A DNA stretch of 64,000 bases from an uncultured Acidobacteriota bacterium (GTDB taxonomy: Bacteria > Acidobacteriota > Thermoanaerobaculia > Multivoradales > UBA5704), in NCBI GenBank assembly GCA_963770895.1, contig CAVYRF010000002.1, forward strand, positions 3,680,001-3,744,000, given 5' to 3'. The notes beneath the pieces are model-generated. The model searched no databases and was not told the origin of the DNA. It saw only the letters and a list, made by a program, of their open reading frames with translations. The position numbers and the translations under genes were made by a program. Below, one piece after another: positions 10,301 to 42,900 of the stretch (its first letter is position 1; each line of letters begins with the position of its first letter).

Positions 10301-13300
10301 ACCGTCGTCTACCGGGCGATGCGGGCGGGCCAGCCCTCGCCGCTGGCCGAGCTGCCGCTGCAGTTCAGCGACTTTGCCATCTGGCAGCGCGAGCGGCTGG
10401 GCGACCCGCGGCGGATCGCCCAGCTGCTGGACTACTGGCGGGGGCAGCTTGCCGACGCCCCCGACCTGCTGCCGCTGCCGACCGACCGGCCGCGCCCGGC
10501 GGTGGCGACGCCCTGGGGGGCGCGCCGCAGCCTGGTGCTGTCGGACCGGCAGTCGGAAGGGCTGCGCGCGCTCGCCCAGGGCGAGGGGATGACGCTGTTC
10601 ATCGCCGGCGCGGCGGTGTTTAAGTTCCTGCTGATGCGCCTGTCGGGGCAGGAAAAGCTGATCCTGGGCAGCCCGATCGCCTACCGCAACGCGCCCGAGC
10701 TGCAGGACGTGCTGGGCTTCTTCATCAACCAGCTGGTGCTGTACAGCGACCTGACCGGCAATCCGCCGGCACGCCAGGCGATGCGGCGGGTGCGCGACGT
10801 GGCGCTGGCGGCCTACGCCCACCAGGAGCTGCCGTTCGCCAAGCTGATCGACACCCTGCGGCCGCATCGCGACCTGTCGCGGGTGCCGTTCACGCAGATC
10901 GTCTTCCTGCTGCTCAAGCCGACGCAGCAGGAGCATTCGGATCTGCCCGAGCTGGAGATCAGCGGCTACTGGCTGGATGCGCACCGCACCCAGTTCGACA
11001 TGACCTTTTCGCTGTGGGACGACGACGTCGGCCTGCAGGGGTGGATGGAGCACAACACCGACCTGTTCGACGGCACCACCATCGACCGCATGAAGGAGCA
11101 GTACCGCGTGCTGCTGGGCGGCCTGCTGGCCGATCCCGAGCGGCCGCTGTGGGACCTGCCGCTGCTGCCCGCCGAGCAGCGCCACCAGCTGCTGGCCGAA
11201 TGGCCGGCGCGCGACCTCGCGCCGCCGCCGGCAAGCGCCGCCGGCACGCGCATCGACCGCCAGGTGGCGGCGCGCGCGGCGCTCGCGCCCGACGCCGTGG
11301 CGGTGGTCTGCGGCGAGCGCAGCGTGACCTACGGCGAGCTGGCCGGCCGCGCCGGCCGCCTGGCCGCGCGGCTGCGCCGCCTGGGCGTCGGCCCCGAGGT
11401 GCCGGTGGGCCTGTGCTGCGGCCGCTCGGCGGACCTGGTGGCCGGCCTGCTGGCGATCCTGGGCGCCGGCGGCGCCTTCCTGCCGCTCGATCCGGTCCAT
11501 CCCGACGGGCGGCTCGCCGTCCTGATCGAAAGCGGCCTGGCGGGGCGCCTGGACGGCCCAGCTCAAGCGGCCGCCGAGCCCGGCGGTGGCCTGAGCGGGG
11601 CCGCGGTGGTGATGGCTTCCGCCGACCAGGAGGACCGTCTGCGCCGCGTCGCCGGCGCGCGGCGCCTGCACGTCGTACCGCTCGGCTCCTCGGCCGGCGA
11701 ATTGCCGGCGGTAGCCCGCGGCGAGGCCGGCGCGGCTGGCGACGAATTGCTTGCGGGAGCCGCCGCGACCGCGGCGGCGGGCGGGCAGGCCGCCTACCTG
11801 CTGTTCACCTCGGGCACGACCGGCGTGCCCAGGGGGGTGGTGGTCGAGCACGCCAGCCTGGGCAGCTTCCTGGGCGCGGCGCAGGACGTGTTCGCCTTCG
11901 CTCCCGGCGACCGGGTGGCGTGCCTGGCTCCGGTGTCGTTCGACATCGCGCTGTTCGAGCTGCTGGCGCCGCTCGCAGCCGGCGCCGCGGCGGTGCTGTT
12001 CGACCTGTCGCCGGCGCTGGACTTTGCGCGGCTGGTCGCCGAGCTGCCGGCGCTGACGGTGTTGCATGCCGTGCCCGCCCTGATGCGCGAGGTGGCGGCG
12101 ACGGCGGCGGAAGCGCCGCGGCGCAACCTGCGCCACGTCCTGTGCGGCGGCGACCGGGTGCCGGACGGCGTGATCGCCGGCATGCGCGAGGCCTTTCCCG
12201 CCGCTCGCCTGCACGTGGCCTACGGACCGACGGAAGCGACGATCTTCGCCTGTCGCGAAGAGGTGGCCACGGCGGCGGCGGCCGGCGGCGCGCTGCCTGC
12301 CTCGTTGGGCTCGCCGCTGGGGCGCCCCTTCGGCGAGGCGACGATCCTTTTGCGGCAGCAGCACGGTGCGCCGGCGGCGATCGGGGTCACCGGCGAGATC
12401 TGGATCGGCGGCCCGGTGGTGGCGCGCGGCTACCTGCGGCTACCGGAGGAGACCGCCGCGCGGTTCACGGCCGGGCCGGACGGGCGCTCTTTCCGCACCG
12501 GCGACCTGGCCCGCCGGCGGCCCGACGGCCGGCTGGAGTTTTTGGGCCGCGCCGACCAGCAGGTGAAGGTGCGCGGCGTGCGCATCGAGCTGGGTGAGGT
12601 GGAGGCGGCGATCGCCGCCCTGCCGGGGGTACAGGAGGCGGTGGTCGCGGTGCGCGACGGCGGCGACGCCCAGGGGGGCAAGCGCCTGGTCGCCTACGTG
12701 GTGCCGCACCCGGCCGCGACGTCCGAACCTGCCGGCAACGGCTCCGGCCACGCCGCGGCTGCCGATCGCGCCGCCGGCAGTGCCGCGACCGCCGGTGAGC
12801 TGCGCCGCGCGCTGGCGCAGCTGCTTCCCGAAGCGCTGGTGCCGGCCAGCTGGGTGCTGCTTGCGGAGCTGCCGCGCAACGCCAACGGCAAGGTGGATCG
12901 CGCCGCGCTGCCCGCGCCGGCGGAGACGGAAAGCGCGGGCGGCGCCGCGGGGACGCCGCCGCGGCAAGGGATCGAGCAGCAGCTGGCGGAGATCTGGGCC
13001 GAGGTGCTGGGGCGCCCCAGCGTCGGCGTCGACGAAAGCTTCTTTGCGCTGGGCGGCGACTCCATCCTGAGCATCCAGGTGGTGGTGCGCGCCCGCCGGC
13101 TGGGTATCGAGCTGACGCCGCGGCAGATCTTTCAGCATCCGACGATCGTCGAGCTGGCGGCGGTGGCGGGGTCGATGCCGCACGCCGCGGCGGAGCAGGG
13201 GCTGGTGGTCGGGCCGGTGCCGCTGACGCCGGTGCAGAGCTACTTTTGGGCCGCCGCGTCGCCCGCGCCGCAGCACGACAACCTGGCGCTGCTGCTGGAG

Positions 13301-14700
13301 GTCGCGGCAGCGCCGCCCGCCGCCCGCCTGGCCGCGGCCCTGGCGGCGCTCACCCACCACCACGATGCCCTGCGCCTGCGCTTCCGTCGCGGCGCCGACG
13401 GCGCCTGGGAGCAGCGATCGGTGCCGCCCGGCGAGGCGCCGCCGCTGACCGTGGTGGACCTGGGCAGGCTTGCCGCGGCTGCCGCCGCCGCGGCGCCCGA
13501 TGCCGCAGTCCAGGCCGCGGTCGCCGCCGCGCAGGCAAGCCTGGACCTGGAGCGCGGCCCGGTGCAGCGCATGGTGCTCTTCGAGCGCGGCGGCGGCCAG
13601 CCGGCGCTGCTGCTGTGGGCGATCCACCACCTGGTGGTCGATGCCGTGTCGTGGCGCATCCTGCTCGAAGACCTGGCCGCGCTGTGCGCCGCGGACCTGA
13701 CGGGCGATCGGTCGGCGGCGCCGGCGGCGCCGGTGGCGGCGTTGGCGGCGTTGGCGGCGGTGCTGCCGCCCAAGACCAGCTCCTTCCGGTCGTGGGCGGA
13801 GCGGCTGGCGACGCATGCCGGTTCGCTGGAGCTGGCGGCCGAGTTGCGGTACTGGCGCAACCTGGAGCGGGCCGCGCTGGTGGCGCTGCCGCGCGATCGC
13901 GGCGCGGCTGCCGCCGCGGATGCCGGCACGGTGGCCGACGAGCGCCTGCACACCCTGTCGCTGTCGCCTGCCGACACCGAGGCGCTGCTCCTGGAGGTGC
14001 CGCGCACCACCGGGGCGCAGATCCACGAATCGCTGCTGGCGGCTCTTGCCCTGGCCTGCCGGGACTGGAGCGGCGCCGACGTGCTGCTGGTGGACGTCGA
14101 AGGACATGGGCGCGAGGAGATCTTCCCCGAGCTCGACCTGACCCGCACCGTCGGGTGGTTTACCAGCGTGGCGCCGGTGCTGCTGGACCTGGGCCAGGCG
14201 GCAGGCCCGATGTCGGTGTCGTCGGCGGTGGCGGCGGTCAAGGGCGAGCTGCGGGCGCTGCCCGCCGGCGGCGTCGGCTGGGGCATCCTGCGCTTCCTGT
14301 CGCCGGCGGCGGCCGAGCTGGCGGCGTTGCCGGCCGCCGAGGTGAGCTTCAACTACCTGGGTCGCCTGGACCAGGCGCTGCCGCCCGGCTCGCCCTTCCA
14401 GCCGGCGCCCTGGCCGGCGGCCGACGAGCGGTCGCCGCTGGCGCCTCGCCGCCACCTGCTGGCCGTCACCGGCGCGGTGAGCGAAGGGTGCCTGCACGTC
14501 ACCTGTGGTTACAGCGCGCGCCACCATCGGGAGGAGACGATCGCGGCGCTTCTGGAGGGCTGCGCCGCCCACCTGCGCGACCTGGCGGCGCGGGACAGCA
14601 CGGCCCGGGAGGCGGCCTACACGCCGGCCGACTTCCCGCTCGCCGGGCTGGACCAGGCGCAGCTGGATCGCCTGCTCGCCGGGCGCAAGGCGGCGGCGCC

Positions 14701-14704
<4 letters not shown>
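4319..14704 (+). CDS. Hybrid PKS-NRPS (orf2, ~3461 aa): KS-AT-KR(inactive)-ACP-C-A-PCP-E
   Basis: KS: QTACSTS, EAHGS, NLGH. AT: GYSLG and HAFH. KR degenerate. ACP: LAGNSLL. C: HHIVTDW. A: TSGTTGVPRG, FRTGD, NGKVDR. PCP: GGDSI. E: HHLVVDAVSW, EGHGREE, RTVGWFT, FNYLGRLD. COM-like tail YTPADFPLAGLDQAQLD. Confidence 0.95.
5849..6028 (+). repeat. Degenerate in-frame 54-bp tandem repeat (~3.3 copies) in the KS-AT linker of orf2
   Basis: Units start at 5849, 5903, 5957 and 6011 (GAAPGPDAG../GVMPGAAAR../AVMSGTDTG../DVLPGP). Confidence 0.65.
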
Positions 14705-33992
<19,288 letters not shown>

Positions 33993-33996
<4 letters not shown>

Positions 33997-36900
33997 GCCG
34001 GGCGGTGGAGGAGCGCCCCGCCGTGACGGCGCCCGCCGCGGCGCGGGACCTGGATCGCGCCAGCCTGCTGGCCCTGCCGCCGCCAGCCCGCCTGGCCGCG
34101 CTCACCGCCGACCTGGGCCGGCGCGCCGCCGCGGTGATCGGCACCGGCACGGCGATGCTGGCGGCCGACGAGCCATGGACCGCACGCGGCCTGGATTCGC
34201 TCGCCGCCGTGGAGCTCAGCCATACGATCGAAAGCACCTTCGGCGTCGCGCTGGCGCTCGATTCGCTGCTCGCGGGCGCCACTGCTACCGGCCTTGCCGC
34301 AGAGATCCTGGATGCGCTTGCCGGCGACGGCGCGGCACCCCAGGCCCTTGCCTCCACGGTTACGGCCCAAGCGGCACCCGGCGGTGTGGTCGGTCCGGCG
34401 GAGCGGACGGGACGGTGTGAAGTCGGAGCGATGGGCGCGCCGTCCGCGGCGGAGTTTTTGCCCTCTTCGGCGGCGGCAAGCGAGGCTGGCGGACCCGCGT
34501 CCCACGGCCAGCGGGGTCTTTGGTTCGTGGAGCGGCTGACGCCGGGCAGCACTGCGTACCACCTTGCGGCGGCGGCACGTGTGCGTCGGCGGCTGCCGAT
34601 CGGCGCGCTGCGGGCGGCATTCGACCGAGCGGTCGAGCGCCACGAGACGCTGCGCACCACCTTCCCAGCCCGCGACGGCGAGCCGTGGCGGCGCGTCGCG
34701 CCGGCCGCCGCGGCGCGCGATGCGTACGACTTTGCCGAGCATGTGCTGGACGGCGTGACGGATGCGGTGGCGCGTCGGCTCCTGGAGGAGGAGGCGTTCC
34801 GCCCGTTCGACCTGGAGCGCGGGCCGCTGCTGCGCGTGCACTGCTTCTACCGCGGCGGTGACACCTGGCTGCTGGTCGCGGCCCACCACCTGGTTGCCGA
34901 TTTCTGGTCCTTCGGCCTGCTGGCGCGCGAGCTGGCGCCGCCGCCCCAGGCACCAGCCCCGCGTCCCGGCGTCCCGCCGCGGCAAGCACCGCCGGCCGCG
35001 CGCTATGGCGATTTCGTGGAGTGGCAGCAGCGCCTGCTGGCCGGTGCTGCGGGAGAGCGGCTCGCCGCTTTCTGGCACGAGCGCCTGCATGGGCTGCCGG
35101 ACCTGGAGCTGCCCGCCGACCGGCCGCGCGGCAAGGTGCCTGCGGTAGCGCCTGTGGCAGCGGTTCCGGCGGTTGCGGTTCCGGCCGATGCGGCACCGGC
35201 GGCTGCAGCTCCGGCGGCGGCGCCCGGCGCGATGGTCGGCAGCCTGCTGCCGCCGGCGCTGCTTGACCGGCTGGAACGGCTGGCTCGCGATCACGGCACG
35301 ACCCTGTTCACCAGCCTCCTGGCGGGCTTTCAGGCGCTCCTGGCGCGTGCCACCGGCCAGACCGACTTTGCGGTCGGCGTGCCGGCGGCGGGGCGATCTG
35401 CGGCGCTGCCGGGCACCGCCGAGATCTTCGGCTACCTGGTCAATCCGCTGGTGTTGCGCGGCGACCTGCGCGGCGACCTGGGTTTTGCGGACCTGGTACG
35501 GCGCACGCGCGACGAGCTGCTGGCGGCGCTCGCCCACCAGGACTACCCGCTGCCGCTGCTGGCCCAGCGGCTGCGTCTGGAGCTTGGCGACCGGCCGTTG
35601 CTGCGGGCGCTACTGATCCTGCACCGGCCGCCGGCGGACCTGCCGGGGCTCACCGCCTTTGCGCTGGGGCAGGCGGGAGGCCGGCTGCGCCTGGCGACCG
35701 CTGGCGGCGCCGCGGTCGAGTTGGAGTCGCTGCCGCTGGCGCCGCGCGGCGCGCAATTCGAGCTGAGCCTGGCCTGCGGCCGGCGCGACGGCAGTTTGAG
35801 CGTCGCCTTGACCTATCGCTCCGACCTGTTCGACGGGGCGACCGCGAAGCGGCTGGTGGATCACCTGTGCAACCTGCTGGCCGCCGCCGTCGAGCGTCCG
35901 GCGGCACCGCTGGCGGCGCTGCTGCACCTGGGCGCCGCGGAGCGCCACCAGCTCCTGGTCGAGTGGGCCGCGGGGCTCTGCGGGCAGGCCGCGGTGTCGT
36001 GGAGCCGGGGGCTGGCGGGACAAGGCGCGGCGTCCATAAACGTGCTGCATTCCGGAAACGTGCTGCATTCCGGTCCGGTCTCTGCGCCGTGGGCCGCGGC
36101 TGGGTCCGGCGCCAAAGGCGGCGCTGACGGACCCTTCGCGACGACGCTGCACCAGGCGTGTGCGCTCCAGGCGGCGCGCACTCCGGCGGCGCCGGCGGTA
36201 ATCGCGGACGGCGCAATCCTGACCTACGCCCAACTTGACGAGCGGGCCGCCGCCCTGGCCGCCCGACTGCGCCAGCTGGGCTCCGGCCCCGAAACGGTGG
36301 TGGGGGTCTGCCTGCCGCGCAGCGCGGCGCTGGTTACGGCGCTCCTCGCCGTGCTCAAGGCCGGCGCCGCTTACCTGCCGCTCGACCCGACGTATCCAGC
36401 GCAACGTCTGCATTGGATGATCGAAGACGCGGCGGCGACGCTCCTGGTGACGCGCGCCGACGTCTGGACCGCACGTACAGCTCCCGGCGTTCGCCAGGTC
36501 GAGGTGGACGCGGACGGCTTGCCAACTTCTCCGGCTCGCGCCGGCCATGGCGTGAGCGCCGAGTCTCAGCCGGCCGGACCTGATCTCGCGCCGGCGCGGG
36601 CGGCGATGGCGGCGGGGCCGGCGAACCTGGCGTACGTGATCTACACCTCGGGATCGACGGGGCGGCCGAAGGGGGTCGGGATCACCCACGGCGGTGCGCT
36701 GCGCCTGCTGGCATGGGCGGGCGAGGCGTTTGGCGCTGCGGAGCTTGCAGGCGTGCTGGCGGCGACGTCGGTGGGGTTCGACCTGTCGGTGTTCGAGCTG
36801 TTTGCGCCTCTGGCGTCGGGCGGCGCCGTGGTGATGGCCGAAAACGCCTTGGCTCTGCACGGCCTGGCAGCGGCGCGGCAGGTGACGCTGCTCAACACGG

Positions 36901-39900
36901 TGCCTTCGGCGCTCTCCGCGCTGCTCGACCTGGGGCCGCTGCCCGCCGGGTTGCGCACAGTCTGCCTGGCCGGCGAGCCGCTGCCGCGGGCGCTGGCAGA
37001 TCGCCTGCACGCGGCGCAGCCGGGGGTGCGGCTGCTCAACCTGTACGGGCCGTCGGAGGACACCACCTATTCGACCGGTGCGACAGTCGCGGCCGGCGAT
37101 CCGCGCCCGCCGGCGATCGGCCGCGCCGTCGCCGGTTCGCTGGCCTACGTGGTGGGGCGCGGCGGCGAGCTGCTGCCGGCCGGCATCCCCGGCGAGTTGC
37201 ACCTGGGCGGCGCGGCCCTGGCGCGCGGCTATCTGCGGCGCCCCGAGCTGACCGCCGAGCGCTTCGTGCCCGATCCGTTCGGCTCGCCGGGCGGGCGCCT
37301 GTACCGCACCGGCGACCTGGTGCGGTTGCGCCAGGATGGCCAGCTCGACTTTCTTGGCCGCATCGACCGCCAGGTGAAGCTGCGCGGCTTCCGCATCGAA
37401 CCGGGCGAGATCGAAGCCGCGCTGGCAGCCCATCCGGCGGTGCGCGAAGCGGTGGTGGACCTGCGCCGCGACGACCCGTCGCCGCGCCTGGTCGCCTACC
37501 TGACGCCGGCGGCGCCTTCGGCGGCGCTAGGCGCCGTGGAGCGTCCTACGGACGAGGCGCTGAAGGCGTTTCTGGGCGCGCGCCTGCCGGCGGCGCTGGT
37601 GCCCGCGGCCTTTGTCTGGCTGCCGGCGCTGCCGCTGTCGGCCAACGGCAAGATCGATCGCGCGGCGCTGCCGACGCCGGAGCGGGCAGCTCCCGCGCCG
37701 GCGGACCAGGCGCCGCGCGGGCCGGTGGAGCAGGTCCTGGCCGCTCTGTGGTGCGAGCTGCTGGGTATTGAGCGGATCGGGCGCGACGACGACTTCTTTG
37801 CCCAGGGCGGCCATTCGCTTCTCGCCGCCCGCCTGGTGGCGCGCATGCGCCAGGCGCTCGGCGTCGAGCTGCCGCTGGCGGCACCCTTCGCCGCCCCCAC
37901 CATCGCCGCCCTTGCGCGCCGCGTCGAGGAGGCGCGAGCCGCGGCCTACGGGTCGCCGGTCGCCGTCGACGGGTCGTTGGCTGCCGCTGCCGACATTCAG
38001 CCGGCGCCGCGCGACCGCCCGGTGCCGCTGTCCGCGGCGCAGCGGCGCCTATGGCTGCTCGACCAGCTGTCGCCCGGCCAGGCGGCCTACAACATGCCGC
38101 TGGCCGTGCACCTGCGCGGCAAGCTCGATCTCCGGGCGCTGGCCGCAGCCCTGGCTGAGGTGGTGCGCCGCCACGAAGCGCTGCGCACCACGTTCGTCCA
38201 GGCCCCCGGCGGCGAGCCGCTGCAACGGATCGCTCGCGCCGGCGCGTCGCCGCGGCTGCCGGCAGGTGGCGGCAATGGAGCCGCCGGTGCGGCGCCGCGG
38301 CTGCCAGGTGGCGGCAATGGAGCCGCCGGTACGGCGCTGCGGCTGCCAGGCGGCGGCAATGGAGCCGCCGGTACGGCGCTACCTTGCATCGACCTTGCGG
38401 CACTGCCGGCGGCGCGGCGCGGCGACGTTGCCAGCCGGCTGGCGGCCGAGGCGGCGCGGCGACCGTTCGACCTGGTGCGCGGGCCGCTGCTGCGGGCCAT
38501 CCTGACGGCGGCCAGCGACGACGAGCACCTGCTGGTCATAGTGCTGCACCACGCCGTGGGCGACCTGTGGTCGCTCGGCGTGATGCTGGCCGAGCTGGCG
38601 GCGCTCTACCAGGCGTACCGTGCGGGTGCGCCGGCGGACCTGCCGCCGCCGCGCCTCCAGGCCGCGGACCACGCGGTATGGGAAGCGGCGCGGCCGGCGC
38701 CGTCCGCCGCGGACCTGGAGACCTGGCGGCGGCGCCTGGCCGGGGTGGCCGACCTGGAGCTGCCGCTGGACCGCCCGCGGCCGGCGGTGTGGGACGTGCG
38801 AGGCGGCCAGATCGCGGGCTCCCTGCCCGCCCCGCTGGTCGCGGCGCTCGCCGCCCTGGTGCGCCGCGGCGGCGCGACGCTGTTCATGGGGCTGGCCGCG
38901 GCCTGGGCGCTGCTGCTGCGCCGCCTGAGCGGCCAGCGCCAGCTGGCGTTGGGCGCCGCTTCGGGTTTGCGCGAACGTCCCGAGCTTGCCGGCGTCGTCG
39001 GTTGCTTCGTCGACACCCTGGTCCTGCCGGTGACGATCGCCGATGGCGAACCGTTCTCCCGCTTGGTCGAGTCGGTGCGCGACGCGGTGCTCGCGTCCTA
39101 CCTGCACCGCGATCTGCCCTTCGATCGCCTGGTCGAAGCCTTGCGCCCGCGGCGCGATCCCGCCCGCCCGCCGCTGGTGCAGGCCCTGATCGCCCTGCAG
39201 GAGCTCCCCCCAGGCTTCGCCGCGCCGCGCTTCGCCGGTCTGGAGGTCGAAGCCCGGCCGCTCGCCAGCGGCGCCGCCCAGCTGGAGCTGTCGCTGGCTC
39301 TGCGCTACGCGGCGCCAAGCGGCCTGGCAGGAGGGTGCGGCGCGGCTGGCGGAGCCGGTCAGGTGCCTGAACTGGTCGGCGCCAGGCCGCATCGGCCAGG
39401 TGGTGCGGCAGAACCGCTGCCCGCAAGCGGGGCTCCAGCGCAACCTGCAGGCCAGTCAGGCGATCACCGCCGCGGTGCCGGTCGAGTCGATGCGCCGCAG
39501 CTCGTCAAAGAGGCGGGCCGGTCCGAACGGTTCAGTACGGCCGGCGAGTCTGGTCTGGAGGGAGAGATCGAATACGCCGCGCGGCTCTTCGACCCGGCCA
39601 CGGTGGGCCGCCTGTGGTTGTCGCTTACGGCGCTGATCGAGGGCGCGATGCGGACGCCGCAGGCCGCCGCCGGCGAGCTGCCGCTGCTGCCGGCCGCGGC
39701 ACGCCACCAGTTGCTGGTCGAATGGAACGATGCGCCGGCCGAACGGGCGCGCGCCGCGGCCCCCGACGTCATGGCGCGCATCGCCGCGCAGGTGGCCGCG
39801 ACGCCCGACGCGGTGGCGCTGGAAGCCGGCGTTTCCGCGCTCACCTACGGCGAGCTGGGCCGGCGCGTCGCCGCCCTGGCCTCCGTCCTGGCGCGCCGCG

Positions 39901-42900
39901 GCATTGGTCCCGAGACGCGTGTGGCGCTGGAGGCGCGGCGCGCCCCCGAGATGGTCCTGGCCGTGCTGGCCGTGCTGGCGGCGGGAGGCGCCTACGTGCC
40001 GCTCGATCCCGCCGCGCCAGCCGAGCGCCGCGCCCGCATCGTCGTCGAAGCCGCGCCATACCTGGTTCTGGGCTGGGGCGGACCGCCGCTCGCCGAATAT
40101 CCTTGCCCGCTCATCGCGCTGGAGCGGCACGGCGCGCCGGTCGCTGCCGCGACGGCGCCGCCGCCGGTGACAGCCTCGCCTGCGGCTGTGCCTGAGAGCC
40201 TGCCGGCTGCCGCATCGGGCCTGCCTGCCGCTGCGACGGAGCAGGGCGGTGTGCCGCTCGCCCATTCGGTGGCGGCGCCGCCGGTGACGGCCTCGCCTGC
40301 GGCTGTGCCTGAAAGCCTGCCGGTTGGCGCGTTGGGTCTGCCGGCCGCGTCCACGAACCAGGGCGGCGCACTGATCGCCGGCGCGGCGGCGGACGGCGAT
40401 CAGCCGGCGTACGTGCTGTTCACCTCGGGCTCCACCGGTACGCCCAAGGGGGTGGTGGGCCGCCGCCGGGCGCTGTCGGGGTACCTGGCGGCCGCGGGGG
40501 AGGCATATGGGTTGGCGGCGGGCGATCGGCTGCTGCAGTTCGCGGCGCTGGGGTTCGACACCTCGGCCGAGGAGATGCTGTGCGGGCTGGCGCGCGGTGC
40601 CACGCTGGTGCTGCGCGACGATGCGATGCTGGCTTCGTGCGGCGACTTTTTGGCCGCGTGCGCGCGCTTGGGGCTCACCGTGCTGGATCTGCCGACCGCC
40701 TACTGGCACGAGCTTTCGGCACATCTGGCGGGGGCGCCGGGGTCACTGCCGCCGGCGCTGCGGCTGGTGGTGGTGGGCGGCGAGGCGATGCGGCGGCCGG
40801 CTGCCGACCCCTGGGTGCGTGCCGGCGTCCGGTTGATCAACTCCTACGGCCCCACCGAAGCCACGATCGGCGCCACCGCGGCCGCGCTTACGGTGGCCGC
40901 GCTCGACGTGCTGGGCGCGGCGCAGCGCGAAGTGTCGGCCGGCCGGCCGGTGGGCGCCGCAGTTGCGCACGTGGCCGCCGGGGATGCGGCGGTCGCGGGT
41001 GGCGCCGCGCCGGGGTGCGGCGAGCCGGCGCCGATCGGCGTTGCGGGCGAGCTGCTGCTGGGCGGCGACGGCTTGGCGCGCGGCTACCACGGCCGGCCTG
41101 ACCTGACCGCCGAGCGCTTTGTCCCCGATCCGTGGAGCGGCCGTCCCGGCGAGCGCCTGTACCGCACCGGCGACCGCGCCCGCCGCCGCGCCGACGGCGA
41201 GATCGAGATCCTGGGCCGGCTGGACGACCAGGTGAAGGTGCGCGGCTACCGCGTCGAGCTGGGCGACATCGAAGCCGCCCTGCTGCGCCATCCGCGGGTC
41301 AGCGCCGCCGCGGTGCTGCTGCGTCCCGCCGCGGAAGGGGGGTTGGTCGGCTATGTGGCGCCGGCCGCCGCTCAGGTGCCGCCGCAACAGCCGGAGGCGA
41401 TCGCCGTCGCCATCGCCGCGGCGGCCGCGGCCGCGGCGGCCGCGGCGCCGACCGAAGCGGAGCTGCGCCGCTTCGTACGTTCCCTGCTGCCTGAGTACAT
41501 GGTGCCCGCACGCTGTGTCGTGCTGGACGCGCTGCCGCGCAATCTGAACGGCAAGGTGGACCGGCGCCTGCTGCCGCCGCCCCCGTCCCCTGTCGCCGCA
41601 ACCGGCGCAAGCAGTGCAACCGGTGCAACCAGCGCGGCCGACGGAAGCAGCGCGACAGCCGCGGTCTCCGCTGCTGCCGCGGCAGCGGCGCAGGGTGCGG
41701 GGCGAGGTGCGTCGGCCGGTGTGCCGGACACAGTTCCGGCGGGTGTCTCGGCTGCGGCCGATCCGCTGTGGGACGCGATCGCCGCGGTGTGGGCCGAGGT
41801 GTTGGGGCGGCCGGTGACGGGAGCCGAAGAGGACTTTTTCGATCTTGGCGGCCATTCGCTGCTCGCGGCGCAGGTGGTCGCCCGCCTGCGCGACCGGTTC
41901 GCGATCGAGCTGCCGCTGCTCGCCATCTTCGAAGCCCCGACGGTCGCCGCGCTGGCCGAGCGGGTGGCGGCAGCGCTCGCCGTGGCCGGTCCCGCGGCGG
42001 ACCAAGATACCGCGGCCGGTCCCGTGGCGGGTCTGGATACCGCGGCCGCGCGCCAGGCCGGCGACGACGCGCCTCTGGGCAACGCCGCCGCCGTGGCGGC
42101 AAACGCAGCCGTCGCCGCTGCGGGCGTCGCGCCGCTCTCCCATTCGCAGGAACGGTTGTGGTTCCTGGACCGGCTGCAATCAGGCAGCCCCTTTTACAAC
42201 CTGACGGGCGCGGTGCACCTGGCCGGCAGACTGGCCGCCGGGGCGCTTGCTGCCAGCCTCAACGAGGTGGTGCGGCGGCACGGGGCGCTGCGCACCACCT
42301 TCGGGTCGGTGGGCGGCGAGCCGGTGCAGCAGATCGCGCCGCGGCTGCGTCTGCTGCTGCCGGAGGTCGACCTGGCGGCGTTGCCGGCGGCGCGCTGCGC
42401 GGTGGTGGCGCGGCGGCTGGCCGCGGCCTGGGGGCGGCAGAGCTTCGATCTCGAACGTGGGCCGCTGCTGGCGGTGCTGTTCCTGCGTCTGGGCGCCGAA
42501 GAAGGAATGCTGGCGCTGGCGGTGCACCACATCGTGGCCGACGGCTGGTCGCTGGCGCTGCTGACCGGCGAGCTCGCCGCGGGGTACGCCGACCTGCTGG
42601 CCGGGCGGCCGCCGGCGCTGGCGGAGCCGCCGCAGTTTGCCGACCTGGCGCGGCGCGAGCGGCGGCAGCTGGGCGGTGCGGCGTTGGCGGCGGAGCTGGC
42701 GTATTGGCGCGGGCGGCTGGCCGGCCTGGCGCCGACCGAGCTGCCGGGCGACCGGCCGCGCCCGCCGGTGCAGACGTTCCGCGGCGCGGTGCTGCCGGCG
42801 GCGCTGCCGGCGGCGGTGGTGACGGCGCTGGGCGCTGCCGGCCGGAGCCGCGGCGCGACGCTGTTCATGAGCCTGCTGGCGGCCTGGACGGCGCTGCTCT

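Noticed and set aside
13246-14700. ORF-track N-terminal extension of the 6916-aa ORF
   Set aside because: It overlaps the E domain of orf2 in another frame and reads as Arg/Gly/Ala noise. Real NRPS sequence starts at TTG 14701.
38252-38380. Short direct repeats as a possible CRISPR array
   Set aside because: The units are contiguous with no unique spacers, are in frame within a CDS, and there are no cas genes.
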